IMG/VR virus record: IMGVR_UViG_3300026258_000271
Coordinates: 74,716 to 138,715 of that record
From: a virus
Taxonomy: Duplodnaviria > Caudoviricetes
Direction: 5' to 3' (one strand)
DNA: 64,000 bases
Positions 45,828-56,473 of the stretch are shown here, one piece after another (the stretch's first letter is position 1; each line of letters opens with the position of its first letter). The notes under the pieces were generated by a model, which had not been told where the DNA came from, did not search any database, and was given only the letters and a program-made list of their open reading frames with translations. Both the position numbers and the translations under genes were made by a program.

Positions 45828-47273
45828 TCAAGGAGTAGTAGCATCTTGGCCAGATGCATCGTCATTTGCCACAAATCCACCATCAAGTACAATGCTCCAA
45901 TTACCAGCAGTATACACACCCTCGTATGACTTCACCCACTCTGTGCCATTGAATCTATACTGAATCCCTGTGTTCAAGTTTGTTACATAATGTTGCGTAC
46001 TGTCTGGGTTAGAGGCATCAAAAGCGATATTCCACTTGCTTGTTGTACCATTGTATTCTATGATATCACCAACACTAGCGACCAAACTGCCCCACGTTGC
46101 ACTCTGAAAGGATGCTGACGAATCTCCAACATCATTAATCACAAGATACCTATCACCGTCTGTAGGAGTGCCTGGATCAAATGTTGCAGGGTTAATTATT
46201 TTCTTGACTGCTGTCAGTGTGCTACTAGGTATTGTATCGTCATCTATGCTGTATAATAGTATTGTATCGTCTAATGTAGTTGTAGCAATAGTGCCTACAA
46301 TTTCGTTCCCATTTGGTTGTGTCAATCTTATTTGTGATGTGCCATTTGTAACTTTGCCGTATTGGTCAAGCAAAAGTTTCCAGTTTAATGGTGGACCAAA
46401 CGTTTCAAAAGGATCTGCTAATCCAGGATCATTTGCCCCTGAGTAATACCCATCACCACCAGATTTGGCACTTATTCCTGTTGTTCCTAAAAGTCTTAAT
46501 TGGTTTCCTGAAACTAACAGTCCATAGTTGTTTGGTGTGACATAACTTCTTGAAATGAGATCTCCATCTATCAATCCTTTGGCCATTCCGCCATCATCGT
46601 CGTAGATACTCATAATGATTTTCTGTACAACTCCTAATTTTTTAACTTTCACAGGAGGTGATAACCATATTGGCATACTGAATGTCAATGTTGCGACATC
46701 TATCTCTGTATCTGCTCCTACAGGTATAGTTCTGCTACTAAAAGTAATACCTGTAAGTTCAACGTAACTTAAAGATGTCCAGTCTATGTAGTTGTCTGTC
46801 TTCTGTATTTCGAAATCTGGATTGAAGAGATATAGTATCTGCTCCATGATTTGTAATTTTTGATCGGTATTTGTGGTCCATATATCTGCTGACACTTCCA
46901 ACCTAAAAGGTGACGGCATTACCTTCTCAACTGTGTACCCTGCACCTAATTGATTGGTGTAGTTGCCATCACTGTCTACGTCTCTTTCTTTAAGATGTTG
47001 CTTTTCGACGTGATAAGGATTCTGCATTCTGTCTCGATCATAGTTCAATTCTCGCACATATGCGGCAATTCTTGGAGCATACTGTAAAGCATTTTCTGAA
47101 TTGTTCCTTATTATATTAGCAACCTGTCTTGTTGGATCTCCGTACACCACTGGCACTGCTCTCAACGCCACTTGTCCGTCTTTGCCTCTACCTTGCTCAA
47201 CAGAAAAGTTGCTCAAAATCCTTATAAATTGAGTCAAAAACTTCCTAACCTGTCCGTCGTAAAAGTGTAACAT
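45828..47273 (-). CDS. gp15: Tail sheath stabiliser/terminator (gp15-like) with a C-terminal extension
   Basis: HFYDGQVRK, VPVVYG and QIMEQILYLFNP motifs; follows gp14. Confidence 0.8.
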   Translation of the reverse strand: MLHFYDGQVRKFLTQFIRILSNFSVEQGRGKDGQVALRAVPVVYGDPTRQVANIIRNNSENALQYAPRIAAYVRELNYDRDRMQNPYHVEKQHLKERDVDSDGNYTNQLGAGYTVEKVMPSPFRLEVSADIWTTNTDQKLQIMEQILYLFNPDFEIQKTDNYIDWTSLSYVELTGITFSSRTIPVGADTEIDVATLTFSMPIWLSPPVKVKKLGVVQKIIMSIYDDDGGMAKGLIDGDLISRSYVTPNNYGLLVSGNQLRLLGTTGISAKSGGDGYYSGANDPGLADPFETFGPPLNWKLLLDQYGKVTNGTSQIRLTQPNGNEIVGTIATTTLDDTILLYSIDDDTIPSSTLTAVKKIINPATFDPGTPTDGDRYLVINDVGDSSASFQSATWGSLVASVGDIIEYNGTTSKWNIAFDASNPDSTQHYVTNLNTGIQYRFNGTEWVKSYEGVYTAGNWSIVLDGGFVANDDASGQDATTP

Positions 47274-47275
47274 TC

Positions 47276-48445
47276 TTAATTGTCAGCCTTTGGTTTTAAT
47301 GCGTTAGATAACGATTGTCTTTGTTTAGTAGTTAATCCGTTTATGGTGTCTTCGGTTGTGTTATTGACAAATCCAGTTTTGTAATTCACCCTAGAGTCAT
47401 CATTTGTCATGCTTATTCTAACTGAATCCTCTATTTTTACCCATCTATTTCCGTCATAACGGAACAATCTATTAGGCAAGTAATCAGTACGTAAGAAATA
47501 ATCGCCTTTGTCGACATTGGCACTAGGAAAACTGATTCCAAAGCCTGCGGGATTTCCGTTTGGTGCAACTCCGTCGCCGTCTAGATAAAAACCATAGTGT
47601 GAACCTGCTGGCGTGTCTATCACAGCATTAACTTTTTTATCACCACTTACTCTTGTTTCTTCATTATTAACATTATCAGTCCTGATATTGCCTCTTTCAT
47701 CAATTGGTGCAACATAATATTGCTTGTAGTTGAAACCTGACTTCGGTGCATTAAGTTCTGCTTCAGCAACTACTTGGTCATTTATTGTTTTTTCTCTGTT
47801 GAAAGTTGACATATAACTTGCAAGTGAATTTTCTGTTGCGGCATCTCCTAGGATATCTCTGTATTCCTGTGAGTCTACTAGGGATTTAAGTTTAAGTCTA
47901 AGTAGATGTGGCCACCATGTTTGTGAAAATCCTTCAGCGGCTCTGTTTACATCTTCAACAACATAATATCTTTTAAGTGCAATTGGTATGCTTTCATCTA
48001 AAGAATAGTCTTCTTTCATGTGTGGGAATTCGATAACATCACCACTCATTGGTTTTCTACCTAATCTTTCAACAACGTCATTCATGTGTACAGTCAAAAA
48101 TAGTGTGTCATTTGATAGGAACATTCCAAACTGTGAAAGGTTGAAATCTTGATCTTGGACGTTGTAGATTCCTCTTATTACATAGATATCTGCGTCATAT
48201 TTTCTGTCTCTGTTTTCTAAAAACAGTAAATCTTGGATCGTTCTCTCGTTTAGGCCATCCCCAGAATACTGTGGTTGTGTCGGGGTGGCTTCACCGTCCT
48301 TGTTTGTTTCTCCCTGATCATAGGGACCAAGATATTTGTGAAAATGTAGGTCCGTCCCACCAACCGTAAACATCTCTTTTATGTTACGATCGAAGAACTT
48401 GTAGTCATTGCCCTTTTCAGGCTTAAAAATGGATAATCTTGGCAT
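47276..48445 (-). CDS. gp14: Neck protein gp14-like
   Basis: DLLFLENRDRKY, LSQFG and PMSGDVIEFP motifs; likely start is the ATG at 48445 (MPRLS). Confidence 0.7.
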   Translation of the reverse strand: MPRLSIFKPEKGNDYKFFDRNIKEMFTVGGTDLHFHKYLGPYDQGETNKDGEATPTQPQYSGDGLNERTIQDLLFLENRDRKYDADIYVIRGIYNVQDQDFNLSQFGMFLSNDTLFLTVHMNDVVERLGRKPMSGDVIEFPHMKEDYSLDESIPIALKRYYVVEDVNRAAEGFSQTWWPHLLRLKLKSLVDSQEYRDILGDAATENSLASYMSTFNREKTINDQVVAEAELNAPKSGFNYKQYYVAPIDERGNIRTDNVNNEETRVSGDKKVNAVIDTPAGSHYGFYLDGDGVAPNGNPAGFGISFPSANVDKGDYFLRTDYLPNRLFRYDGNRWVKIEDSVRISMTNDDSRVNYKTGFVNNTTEDTINGLTTKQRQSLSNALKPKADN

Positions 48446-48488
48446 ATCACACATATTTATTGCACAGGCAAAGGCAATAAATATGAGT

Positions 48489-49250
48489 ATGTCAGAACTA
48501 CAAACAGGTCAACAAGAGATATTCGATTACGTTAAAAACAACCTCGGTGAGGGCATGATTGATGTTGAATTAGACCCTAAACACTACCAAACGGCCCTGG
48601 AAAGAGCAGTAAACAAATTTAGACAGAGATCATCTAACGCTGTCGAAGAATCATACGCTTTCTTAGAACTTAAGAAAAATCAGAACACATATATTTTGCC
48701 AGATGAGATTATAAATGTAAGAAATTTGAATAGAAGAACAGTTGGATCACGTACAGAGGGTGGCGAAGGCGGAACATTGTTTGAACCATTCAACCTAGCA
48801 TACACAAACACTTACCTATTAAGAGCAGGAGCAACAGGTGGACTAGCAACTTACTATGCATTCGCTTCGTACCAAGAACTGATAGGAAAAATGTTTGGAA
48901 GTTTCATACAGTTCCATTTCGATGTTGCAACGAAAAAATTAACAATCACACAAAGACCTAGAGCAGACAACGAAACAGTTCTGATGCACACTGACAATTA
49001 TAGACCAGACATAACATTGTTCAAAGACATATATGCTAAACCATGGATCAGAGATTACACACTTGCTGTATCTAAAATAATGTTAGGCGAAGCGAGAGGC
49101 AAATTCAACACCATCGCAGGCCCACAGGGTGGCACAACACTTAATGGTGATGCATTAAAAAGTGAAGGCCAGGCAGAAATTGATAGGTTAGAACAAGACC
49201 TGGGCAATTTTGCCGAAGGTGGTACTCCACACAGTTTTGTTATTGGTTAA
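48489..49250 (+). CDS. gp13: Neck protein gp13-like
   Basis: LGEGMIDVEL, WIRDYTLA and KF...GG-x-TLNG motifs; likely start is the ATG at 48489, 5 nt after TAAATA. Confidence 0.85.
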   Translation: MSELQTGQQEIFDYVKNNLGEGMIDVELDPKHYQTALERAVNKFRQRSSNAVEESYAFLELKKNQNTYILPDEIINVRNLNRRTVGSRTEGGEGGTLFEPFNLAYTNTYLLRAGATGGLATYYAFASYQELIGKMFGSFIQFHFDVATKKLTITQRPRADNETVLMHTDNYRPDITLFKDIYAKPWIRDYTLAVSKIMLGEARGKFNTIAGPQGGTTLNGDALKSEGQAEIDRLEQDLGNFAEGGTPHSFVIG

Positions 49251-49282
49251 TTCATAATCATATATTTTTAAATAAACGTGTC

Positions 49283-49465
49283 ATGACAGATCATCGATAC
49301 AGAACATATTCAGACCTTACATTAGATGAACTTGAAGAAGTAGTGCAAGACCTAGAGAACATGAGTATTGTTGCACTAAAACAGAAAAAGAAAGACCTAA
49401 GAATTACCATTCTCAAATCTGTTCTCGAAGCAAAAAAAGAGATTGAAAGACGATTCAAAAGATAG
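49283..49465 (+). CDS. Small hypothetical protein
   Basis: 60-aa helical ORF filling the gap; TAAATA 8 nt upstream. Confidence 0.55.
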   Translation: MTDHRYRTYSDLTLDELEEVVQDLENMSIVALKQKKKDLRITILKSVLEAKKEIERRFKR

Positions 49466-49471
49466 TATAAT
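49443..49471 (+). promoter_or_regulatory. sigma70-type promoter for the dNMP kinase
   Basis: TTGAAA, 17-nt spacer, TATAAT, 6 nt before the ATG at 49478. Confidence 0.7.
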
Positions 49472-49477
49472 CAATAG

Positions 49478-50131
49478 ATGCTTATAGGAATTGTAGGACT
49501 AATAGGTTCTGGTAAAGACACTGTTGCCGAACACCTTGTGGAACAACACGGTTATAAAAGAGATAGTTTTGCTAAAAGTTTGAAAGACGCAGTTGCATCC
49601 ATGTTTAACTGGGATAGAAAGATGCTTGAGGGTAAAGGAGAATCAAGCAGACATTGGCGTGAACAACCTGACAAATTTTGGAGTGAAAAGTTTGGCAAAC
49701 CTGTAACTCCTAGGTGGGTATTACAATATTTTGGTACAGAAGTGATGCGTGGACAAATGTATGACGCAATATGGGTAGACAGTTGTATCGGTCGATACAA
49801 AGGACAGAATACAGTGATATCAGATACTAGATTCCCAAATGAAGTTAAAGCCATTAGAGCACACGGAGGCAAAATAATACGTGTAAAAAGAGGACAAGAT
49901 CCTGAATGGTTTACTAATTATGTTGAAGGAAATGTAGAACCAACAAACGTGCATTCTTCAGAATATGCTTGGGCAAAAGAGGAGTTTGATTTTGTCATAG
50001 AAAACAATGGTACAAAAGAAGAATTATGCGTAAAAACAAATAATCTATTCATCAGCAACAAGATCCCCCACACGCCATCCAAGCCTTCGAATACTGTCAA
50101 GTCTTTGGCAATTGGCGCAAACAGTTTTTAA
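49478..50131 (+). CDS. gp1: Deoxynucleoside monophosphate kinase
   Basis: P-loop GLIGSGKDT, FAKSLKD, LQYFGTEV, ISDTRFPNE and HSSE motifs. Confidence 0.9.
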   Translation: MLIGIVGLIGSGKDTVAEHLVEQHGYKRDSFAKSLKDAVASMFNWDRKMLEGKGESSRHWREQPDKFWSEKFGKPVTPRWVLQYFGTEVMRGQMYDAIWVDSCIGRYKGQNTVISDTRFPNEVKAIRAHGGKIIRVKRGQDPEWFTNYVEGNVEPTNVHSSEYAWAKEEFDFVIENNGTKEELCVKTNNLFISNKIPHTPSKPSNTVKSLAIGANSF

Positions 50132-50404
50132 ATTATTAGCAGTAGTGTTTCTCATGTTACCGTCAACAAACAGCACATCTAGTTGTTTTGTCTGTTGAGC
50201 TTTGAACCCACACAACTCACATTTTTTACGTTTCTTGTAGCCAGACCTTTGTAACGGAGTCACTCCACCAACACGTTTACCCGCTTTTTTTCTATTACAG
50301 GTATCACAAAGGCTACGCCAATATATTTTATTACCCTTCCTGTATGCATACGCCCTGGGTTTGCTTCCACACTTCTTACATAATGGCCTATCTTTATATC
50401 GCAT
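50045..50404 (-). CDS. Zinc-finger/HNH-like protein with a degenerate active site
   Basis: Four CxxC pairs and LDVLFVDGN-x2-N-x4-NL-x3-CANC; likely start is the ATG at 50404, 5 nt after TAAATA. Confidence 0.65.
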   Translation of the reverse strand: MRYKDRPLCKKCGSKPRAYAYRKGNKIYWRSLCDTCNRKKAGKRVGGVTPLQRSGYKKRKKCELCGFKAQQTKQLDVLFVDGNMRNTTANNLKTVCANCQRLDSIRRLGWRVGDLVADE

Positions 50405-50520
50405 ATGCTTATTTACGTCGCCTATATAGGCACCATGAAAACGGTAAATTTTGTCGTAAAAACCGTATGATTGAATAAATAACTCTAGTATATACGTAAC
50501 TTGCAAGGAGAATACGAAAA

Positions 50521-53500
50521 ATGGCTAGAACATCACCAGGAGTAGAGGTTTCAGTAATAAACGAAAGTTTTTACGTACCGTCAGATGCGGGAACAACACC
50601 TCTTTTTATAGTAACATCATCAACCGACAAGGCGAATGGTGCAGGATCAGGAACAGCGGCAGGAACACAAACTGCTAATGCCAACACTGCATATTTGATC
50701 TCGTCACAAAGAGAATTAACAGAAACTTTCGGAGATCCGAAATTTTATCAAGACACAGCAGGCAATCCATTACACGGTTATGAATTGAATGAATGGGGTC
50801 TACAAGCGGCTTACTCATTTTTAGGAGTTGCCAACAGAGCATACGTTTTAAGAGCAAACGTTGACACTAGCGAATTAATCGGCGGTGCATCGGCTCCTAC
50901 AGCGTCACCAACAGATGGAACATATTGGTTTGACCTTGCATCAAGCTCTTATGGTTTATTTGAATGGTCACAAACAGATCAAAAATTTACAGCGAAAACA
51001 CCAACGTTGATTACAGCAGTTACTGACCTGGTAGGTAACAGTTCAACAGGTGCACCAAAAACTAATGTAGGTAGCATTGGAGATTATGCTATCAACACAA
51101 CGCATGTATCAAACAAGATATACAAAAAAACATCAAGCAACACATGGGTGCAGTTAGGTTCACCTTCATGGCATAATTCACTACCAGTGATCACAGTTGC
51201 ATCAGGAACAACAGTAACAAGTTCTCACAAGATGTCAATCAACGGTGTTGAAATTACAACAGGCGGTACAGCATTATCAGATGTTGCAACAGCAATAAAC
51301 ACAGGTGACGGTACATCATCCGTGCCTGGCGTAACTGCAAGTGTGAACGCAACAACAGGAAACCTAGAGATATTCCACAATGGTCTATCATTTGGTGACT
51401 CAACAGCAGGCGATGGCACACTTAGATTTGAAGCAGTTTCAGGTACACTTCTAGCAGACTTAGGAATTACAGCAGGTACTTTCAACGCAAACAAATTTTT
51501 ACAAGCGGCACACACTTCAAGACCAACTTGGAAAACAGCAGATGAGAACAGACCTAACGGTTCAGTTTGGTTCAAGACAACTTCTGCAAATGCAGGTGCT
51601 AACATTGTTGCGAAACTTTACAGTTCAGCAAGTGGCAGTTTCACTTCAGTAAGTGCACCACTACACGCTACGCATCATCAAGCGATATTCAAACTTGATC
51701 CTGCTAATGGCGGAACTGGTTTAAGTGCTGGTACATTGTACACACAATTCAACATTACAGAACAATCAAGTGATGGACAACAAGATGACACTCCAAATGT
51801 TGGAGACTTCCAGTTGTTTAGATACGAGGGTGGAGAAACTATCATTTCAGGAAAAACTATAAACCCAACTTTCACACACAATGAAACGTTCACTGTAAGA
51901 GAAAGTTTAAAAAATCAAGAAGCATTAGATACTGCTAAAACTGTTACAATACAATCAGGTGACGGTTCAACGTTGGCTGATTCAGAAGACTTTATCACGG
52001 CGTTTGCGGCGGCTAACTTCACAAACCTTGAAGCATCAATTATATCAAGCGGTGAGTTCGAGGGTGCTATCCAGATCAAACACAAACTAGGTGGTGAGTT
52101 CAGAATGAATCAAACATCAGGCACACCATTAGATGATGCTGGACTAGGCGTTTCACAAGCACACAGTTATGGCGGATACACAGCGAACAGCACAACATTA
52201 ATAGATAACTTGTATGTTGCACCAGCAGGTGATTCAGAAGACTCAACTGTGGGTAACGAAACAATCGCTTCTAACTGGAAGAGATTGAGTTACACAGCAA
52301 GTTCAAGCACACCAACTAATGAACCAGCAGACGGAACATTATGGTATGACAGCAAGATTGATGAAGCAGATATCATGGTTCACAATGGTACAACTTGGGT
52401 TGGATACGTAAGCAATTATTCTTCAACAGATCCAAATGGTCCACAGTTTAGTGCAACAGCACCAACTACACAATCAGATGGCACTGTTTTAGTAAACAAT
52501 GACTTATGGATTGACACTTCAGACTTAGAAAACTATCCAAAACTTTACAAATACAACACATCAGCAACATTAAGTTCAACAAACACAGCGAACCAAGTTG
52601 CAGTAACAACAACAGGCGCGGCTTGGGAACTAGTTGACAAAGCAGATCAAACTACAGAAGACGGTATTGTTTTTGCCGATGCAAGATGGCACACTTCAGC
52701 AGACAAGAGTGCTAACAACAGCACACAGGCGGGAACTGCATCTTCAATCAAGAACTTATTAAGTGATAACTTCTTAGATCCAGATGCTCCAGATCCAGCA
52801 TTATATCCAAATGGTATATTGTTATGGAACACAAGACGTTCTGGTTACAATGTTAAAGAATACAAAAACAGTTACATCACTGAAACAAAATATCCAAGTT
52901 CAGGTGGATCTGGCTTAGGTAACATTAGATTCAACAACGAAAGCGTTGGCGGTTACTACCCAGACAGATGGATTACTAAATCAGGTAACAACGCAGACGG
53001 TTCTGGAACTTTTGGAAGAAAAGCACAGAGAAAAGTTATTGTTCAACAACTTAAATCAGAGATGGACACTAACCAAGCAATCAGAGAAGACCAAAGAGGC
53101 TTCAACGTTATTGCTTGTCCTGGCTATCCAGAATTGATACAGAACATGATTAACTTAAACACAGACCGAGGAAACAAGGCTTTTGTTGTAGGTGATACAC
53201 CTTTAAGATTATCAGGTACAGCAACTGACATTCAAAACTGGGCAAACAACTCATCTGGTGCATTAGACAACGGCGAAGACGGCCTAGTTAGTGCAAGTGA
53301 ATACCTAGGAGTATTCCACCCAGCAGGATTAACAACAGACAATGGCGGTAATAGTATTGTTGTTCCACCATCACACATGATGATGAGAGTACTAGCGAAC
53401 AACGACAATGTTGCTTTCCCATGGTTTGCACCAGCAGGTACAAGACGTGGTGTTGTAGACAATGCGACAGCAGTTGGATTTATTGATTCAACTTCTGGAG

Positions 53501-53961
53501 AATTCCAAACAACATCTGTTACGGAGTCAGTGAGAGATTCGATGCATGGGGCGAAGGTAAATCCAATTACTTTCTTCTCAGGATCAGGAATTGTAAACTT
53601 TGGAAACTTGACAAAAACATCAGGAAGTTCAGCACTAGACAGAATAAATGTTTCAAGATTGGCAGTATATCTAAGAGCACAACTAGATTCAATTGCGAAA
53701 CCGTTTATTTTTGAACCGAATGATGAATTAACTAGAAACGAGATCAAACAGGCGATCGAGTCATTCTTGTTAGAACTAGTTGGACAGAGAGCATTATTTG
53801 ACTTCTTAGTAGTATGTGATGACACAAACAACACACCTACTAGAATAGATAGAAATGAACTTTATGTGGATATAGCGATTGAGCCAGTTAAATCAGTTGA
53901 ATTTATTTACATACCGTTGAGAATCAAAAACACAGGAGAGATTGCAAATTTAGGGAACTAA
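50521..53961 (+). CDS. gp18: Tail sheath protein with large insertions
   Basis: SPGVEV, PWFAPAG-x-RRG, DRINVSRL, FEPND and VCDDTNNTP motifs; 1146 aa. Confidence 0.95.
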   Translation: MARTSPGVEVSVINESFYVPSDAGTTPLFIVTSSTDKANGAGSGTAAGTQTANANTAYLISSQRELTETFGDPKFYQDTAGNPLHGYELNEWGLQAAYSFLGVANRAYVLRANVDTSELIGGASAPTASPTDGTYWFDLASSSYGLFEWSQTDQKFTAKTPTLITAVTDLVGNSSTGAPKTNVGSIGDYAINTTHVSNKIYKKTSSNTWVQLGSPSWHNSLPVITVASGTTVTSSHKMSINGVEITTGGTALSDVATAINTGDGTSSVPGVTASVNATTGNLEIFHNGLSFGDSTAGDGTLRFEAVSGTLLADLGITAGTFNANKFLQAAHTSRPTWKTADENRPNGSVWFKTTSANAGANIVAKLYSSASGSFTSVSAPLHATHHQAIFKLDPANGGTGLSAGTLYTQFNITEQSSDGQQDDTPNVGDFQLFRYEGGETIISGKTINPTFTHNETFTVRESLKNQEALDTAKTVTIQSGDGSTLADSEDFITAFAAANFTNLEASIISSGEFEGAIQIKHKLGGEFRMNQTSGTPLDDAGLGVSQAHSYGGYTANSTTLIDNLYVAPAGDSEDSTVGNETIASNWKRLSYTASSSTPTNEPADGTLWYDSKIDEADIMVHNGTTWVGYVSNYSSTDPNGPQFSATAPTTQSDGTVLVNNDLWIDTSDLENYPKLYKYNTSATLSSTNTANQVAVTTTGAAWELVDKADQTTEDGIVFADARWHTSADKSANNSTQAGTASSIKNLLSDNFLDPDAPDPALYPNGILLWNTRRSGYNVKEYKNSYITETKYPSSGGSGLGNIRFNNESVGGYYPDRWITKSGNNADGSGTFGRKAQRKVIVQQLKSEMDTNQAIREDQRGFNVIACPGYPELIQNMINLNTDRGNKAFVVGDTPLRLSGTATDIQNWANNSSGALDNGEDGLVSASEYLGVFHPAGLTTDNGGNSIVVPPSHMMMRVLANNDNVAFPWFAPAGTRRGVVDNATAVGFIDSTSGEFQTTSVTESVRDSMHGAKVNPITFFSGSGIVNFGNLTKTSGSSALDRINVSRLAVYLRAQLDSIAKPFIFEPNDELTRNEIKQAIESFLLELVGQRALFDFLVVCDDTNNTPTRIDRNELYVDIAIEPVKSVEFIYIPLRIKNTGEIANLGN

Positions 53962-53989
53962 TTTTGGAATAAATAGATAGGAGAAACAA

Positions 53990-54610
53990 ATGGCAATATC
54001 AACATTATCAAAATTTACAGTACCTTTAGCAAACGATCAAAGTAGTGCATCACAAGGCTTGTTGATGCCTAAACTACAATATCGTTTTAGATGTATCCTG
54101 GAAAATTTTGGAGTATCAACACCGAGATCAGAACTAACAAAACAGGTTATGGATGTTACAAGACCAAACTTGACTTTTGACACAGTAACGTTAGATGTTT
54201 ACAACTCAAAAGTTTATGTGGCAGGAAAACATACTTGGGATCCAATAACAATCACTTTAAGAGATGACGTAAACAACTCAGTTACTAAACTGGTTGGTGA
54301 ACAGATTCAGAAACAGTTCGACTTCTTTGAACAGGCTTCGGCGGCATCTGGTATCGACTACAAATTCACAGGTAGAATTGAAATGTTAGATGGTGGAAAC
54401 GGTTCAAGTGCACCAAATGTTCTAGAAACATTTGAGTTATACGGTGCATATGTTGAAAACGTAAACTACAACACACTAGCATATCAAACTTCAGAACCGG
54501 CTACAATCACATTGTCAGTAAGATACGACAACGCAATACAGACTCCAACAGGAACTGGAATTGGAACAGCAGTATCTAGAACAATCGGTACATTAAGTAC
54601 TGGTGGTTAA
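53990..54610 (+). CDS. gp19: Tail tube protein
   Basis: Follows the sheath; AGKHTWDPITITLRDD tube motif. Confidence 0.88.
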   Translation: MAISTLSKFTVPLANDQSSASQGLLMPKLQYRFRCILENFGVSTPRSELTKQVMDVTRPNLTFDTVTLDVYNSKVYVAGKHTWDPITITLRDDVNNSVTKLVGEQIQKQFDFFEQASAASGIDYKFTGRIEMLDGGNGSSAPNVLETFELYGAYVENVNYNTLAYQTSEPATITLSVRYDNAIQTPTGTGIGTAVSRTIGTLSTGG

Positions 54611-54638
54611 TAAGAATTAAGTTAGCAATTATAACAGG

Positions 54639-54665
54639 AAAAGCGTCTTTATAGGCGCTTTTTTT
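54639..54665 (+). terminator. Intrinsic terminator
   Basis: AAAAGCGTCT-ttat-AGGCGCTTTT plus T-run. Confidence 0.8.
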
Positions 54666-54683
54666 GTGACTATAAATAACACT

Positions 54684-56096
54684 ATGCCAAGCATTAACAA
54701 TTTCTTAAAAGGTTTCCAGGACGGACTTCCTGGAATGAAAGATTACCGACACGCATCACGACTGTACATAGACGACACGTACAAGTTGATGCCAAAACAG
54801 AAATTCCTTTTCCATGTTGTTTTCGACACAGACGAATCAATTTTCTTTGATGGATTCCAAAACCATGAAAGAACTGAATTGAACATGCTGGTGAAGGCCT
54901 GTGACATGCCCAAGTATGACATGAGCCTAGAAGAAAAAATTCAGTACAATAAGAAACTGTATACAGCAACAAGGATTGCTTACGAGCCAATCAACATCAC
55001 GTTCCATGATGATCATGCAGATACAGTGAATGCATTCTGGAAGAAATACTACGAGTACAATATTGCGGACTCTGTCGGAATGCAAAGCGAGGCAACTGTC
55101 AGAACCACCAAGGATGACTACTATGACGGAATAGATGCAAAACGTGTTACAAAATTTGGATTGGACACACCTAAGAAAAGGAAAAAACCATATCTAAGAA
55201 ACATAGAAATATTTGTTTTACACAAACAAAGATTCACATCAATGACTCTAATTAATCCTGTGATAGGATCATTCTCACACGATAATCTTGATGCGGCAGA
55301 TGGGGCAGGCATCCTGCAAAATACAATGCAGATACTATATGAAACTGTTACATACAAATCAGGAATGATCAAAAACCCCGATGGAAGAGTCAACGCTAAC
55401 AATATCAGAGGTGGCTTCGCTACAATACATTATGACAAGGAACCAAGTCCATTGACTGTGTTGGGTGGTGGGACTAGCAGTATATTTGGTCCCGGTGGTG
55501 TTGTAGACGGTATTGGTTCTGTAATAAGAAATTATAAAAATAAGAACATACTGGGTGCAATATTGGCGGCGTCAAACACTTACAACAATGCGAAAAAAAT
55601 TAAAAAACAAGATGCAAAAGAAGAATTAAAAGGCATTGCAAAACGAGGAGTTTTAGAAGTAGGTAAACAGGCAGGCACAATCACAAATCCCGTTGGTGGA
55701 TTCAACGTTGGTGCCGCGGTCGCAGGTGCTGTTGTACTTGCAACTGCCAAAGGTACCGATGATAAAAAAAACAAAAGCAACGCAAGAGTAATCAAGAGTC
55801 CAGCACTTGATACCACACTATACCTAACAGCAGAAGAATCGTTTCAATTGATATCAAATAACGAAACATTGAAGGACGAGATCGCGGCAGGTATATATTA
55901 CAAAGATATCGGTTCAAGAAAGGATATTACAGTGGCGGCATCTGATATCGAGTATGCAGGATCGAGCGATACCACAAAAAGGGTGTACAGAAACAAGGCG
56001 ATAACAGATATAAGGAAATTGGTCACAGAAGGATACATTAAAATTTCAAGAGGAACGCAGGATGTATCAATAACAGTTGAGAAGGCGGCATTATAA
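54684..56096 (+). CDS. Baseplate-tail tube junction protein (gp54/gp48-like)
   Basis: Tube-like fold motif (YEPINITFHDD); likely start is the ATG at 54684, 5 nt after TAAATA. Confidence 0.6.
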   Translation: MPSINNFLKGFQDGLPGMKDYRHASRLYIDDTYKLMPKQKFLFHVVFDTDESIFFDGFQNHERTELNMLVKACDMPKYDMSLEEKIQYNKKLYTATRIAYEPINITFHDDHADTVNAFWKKYYEYNIADSVGMQSEATVRTTKDDYYDGIDAKRVTKFGLDTPKKRKKPYLRNIEIFVLHKQRFTSMTLINPVIGSFSHDNLDAADGAGILQNTMQILYETVTYKSGMIKNPDGRVNANNIRGGFATIHYDKEPSPLTVLGGGTSSIFGPGGVVDGIGSVIRNYKNKNILGAILAASNTYNNAKKIKKQDAKEELKGIAKRGVLEVGKQAGTITNPVGGFNVGAAVAGAVVLATAKGTDDKKNKSNARVIKSPALDTTLYLTAEESFQLISNNETLKDEIAAGIYYKDIGSRKDITVAASDIEYAGSSDTTKRVYRNKAITDIRKLVTEGYIKISRGTQDVSITVEKAAL

Positions 56097-56473
56097 TGAC
56101 AGAATTTTACACAAACCTACCACCGAAACAAGATGATGATCTTGAAAAGACTATAAAAAAGTTAACAACAGGAACTTATGAAACAGAATATCAATTCAAC
56201 GTTGGTGAGTACGACAGCACAGTTGCATTCTTTGTTAAACGTGGTTTCAATAGGACCTCAGCGGAATCAACTGCTTATGTGATTCTTTCACAAGCAAAAA
56301 TAGACGATGTAAGTCCACAAGTTCTATTAGATAAAATCTCGAATGCCAACCCGGCACAACTATCGGAGTTGATCACAATAGTGTTGAATGCCAATAGATA
56401 CAAGTCAAGCCAACTGGGTGTGAGACAGACATTGACAACCAAAGAGACTGTTTCTAGAAATATCATAGACTAA
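56096..56473 (+). CDS. Hypothetical protein
   Basis: 125-aa ORF translationally coupled on both sides (TAATG overlaps). Confidence 0.7.
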   Translation: MTEFYTNLPPKQDDDLEKTIKKLTTGTYETEYQFNVGEYDSTVAFFVKRGFNRTSAESTAYVILSQAKIDDVSPQVLLDKISNANPAQLSELITIVLNANRYKSSQLGVRQTLTTKETVSRNIID

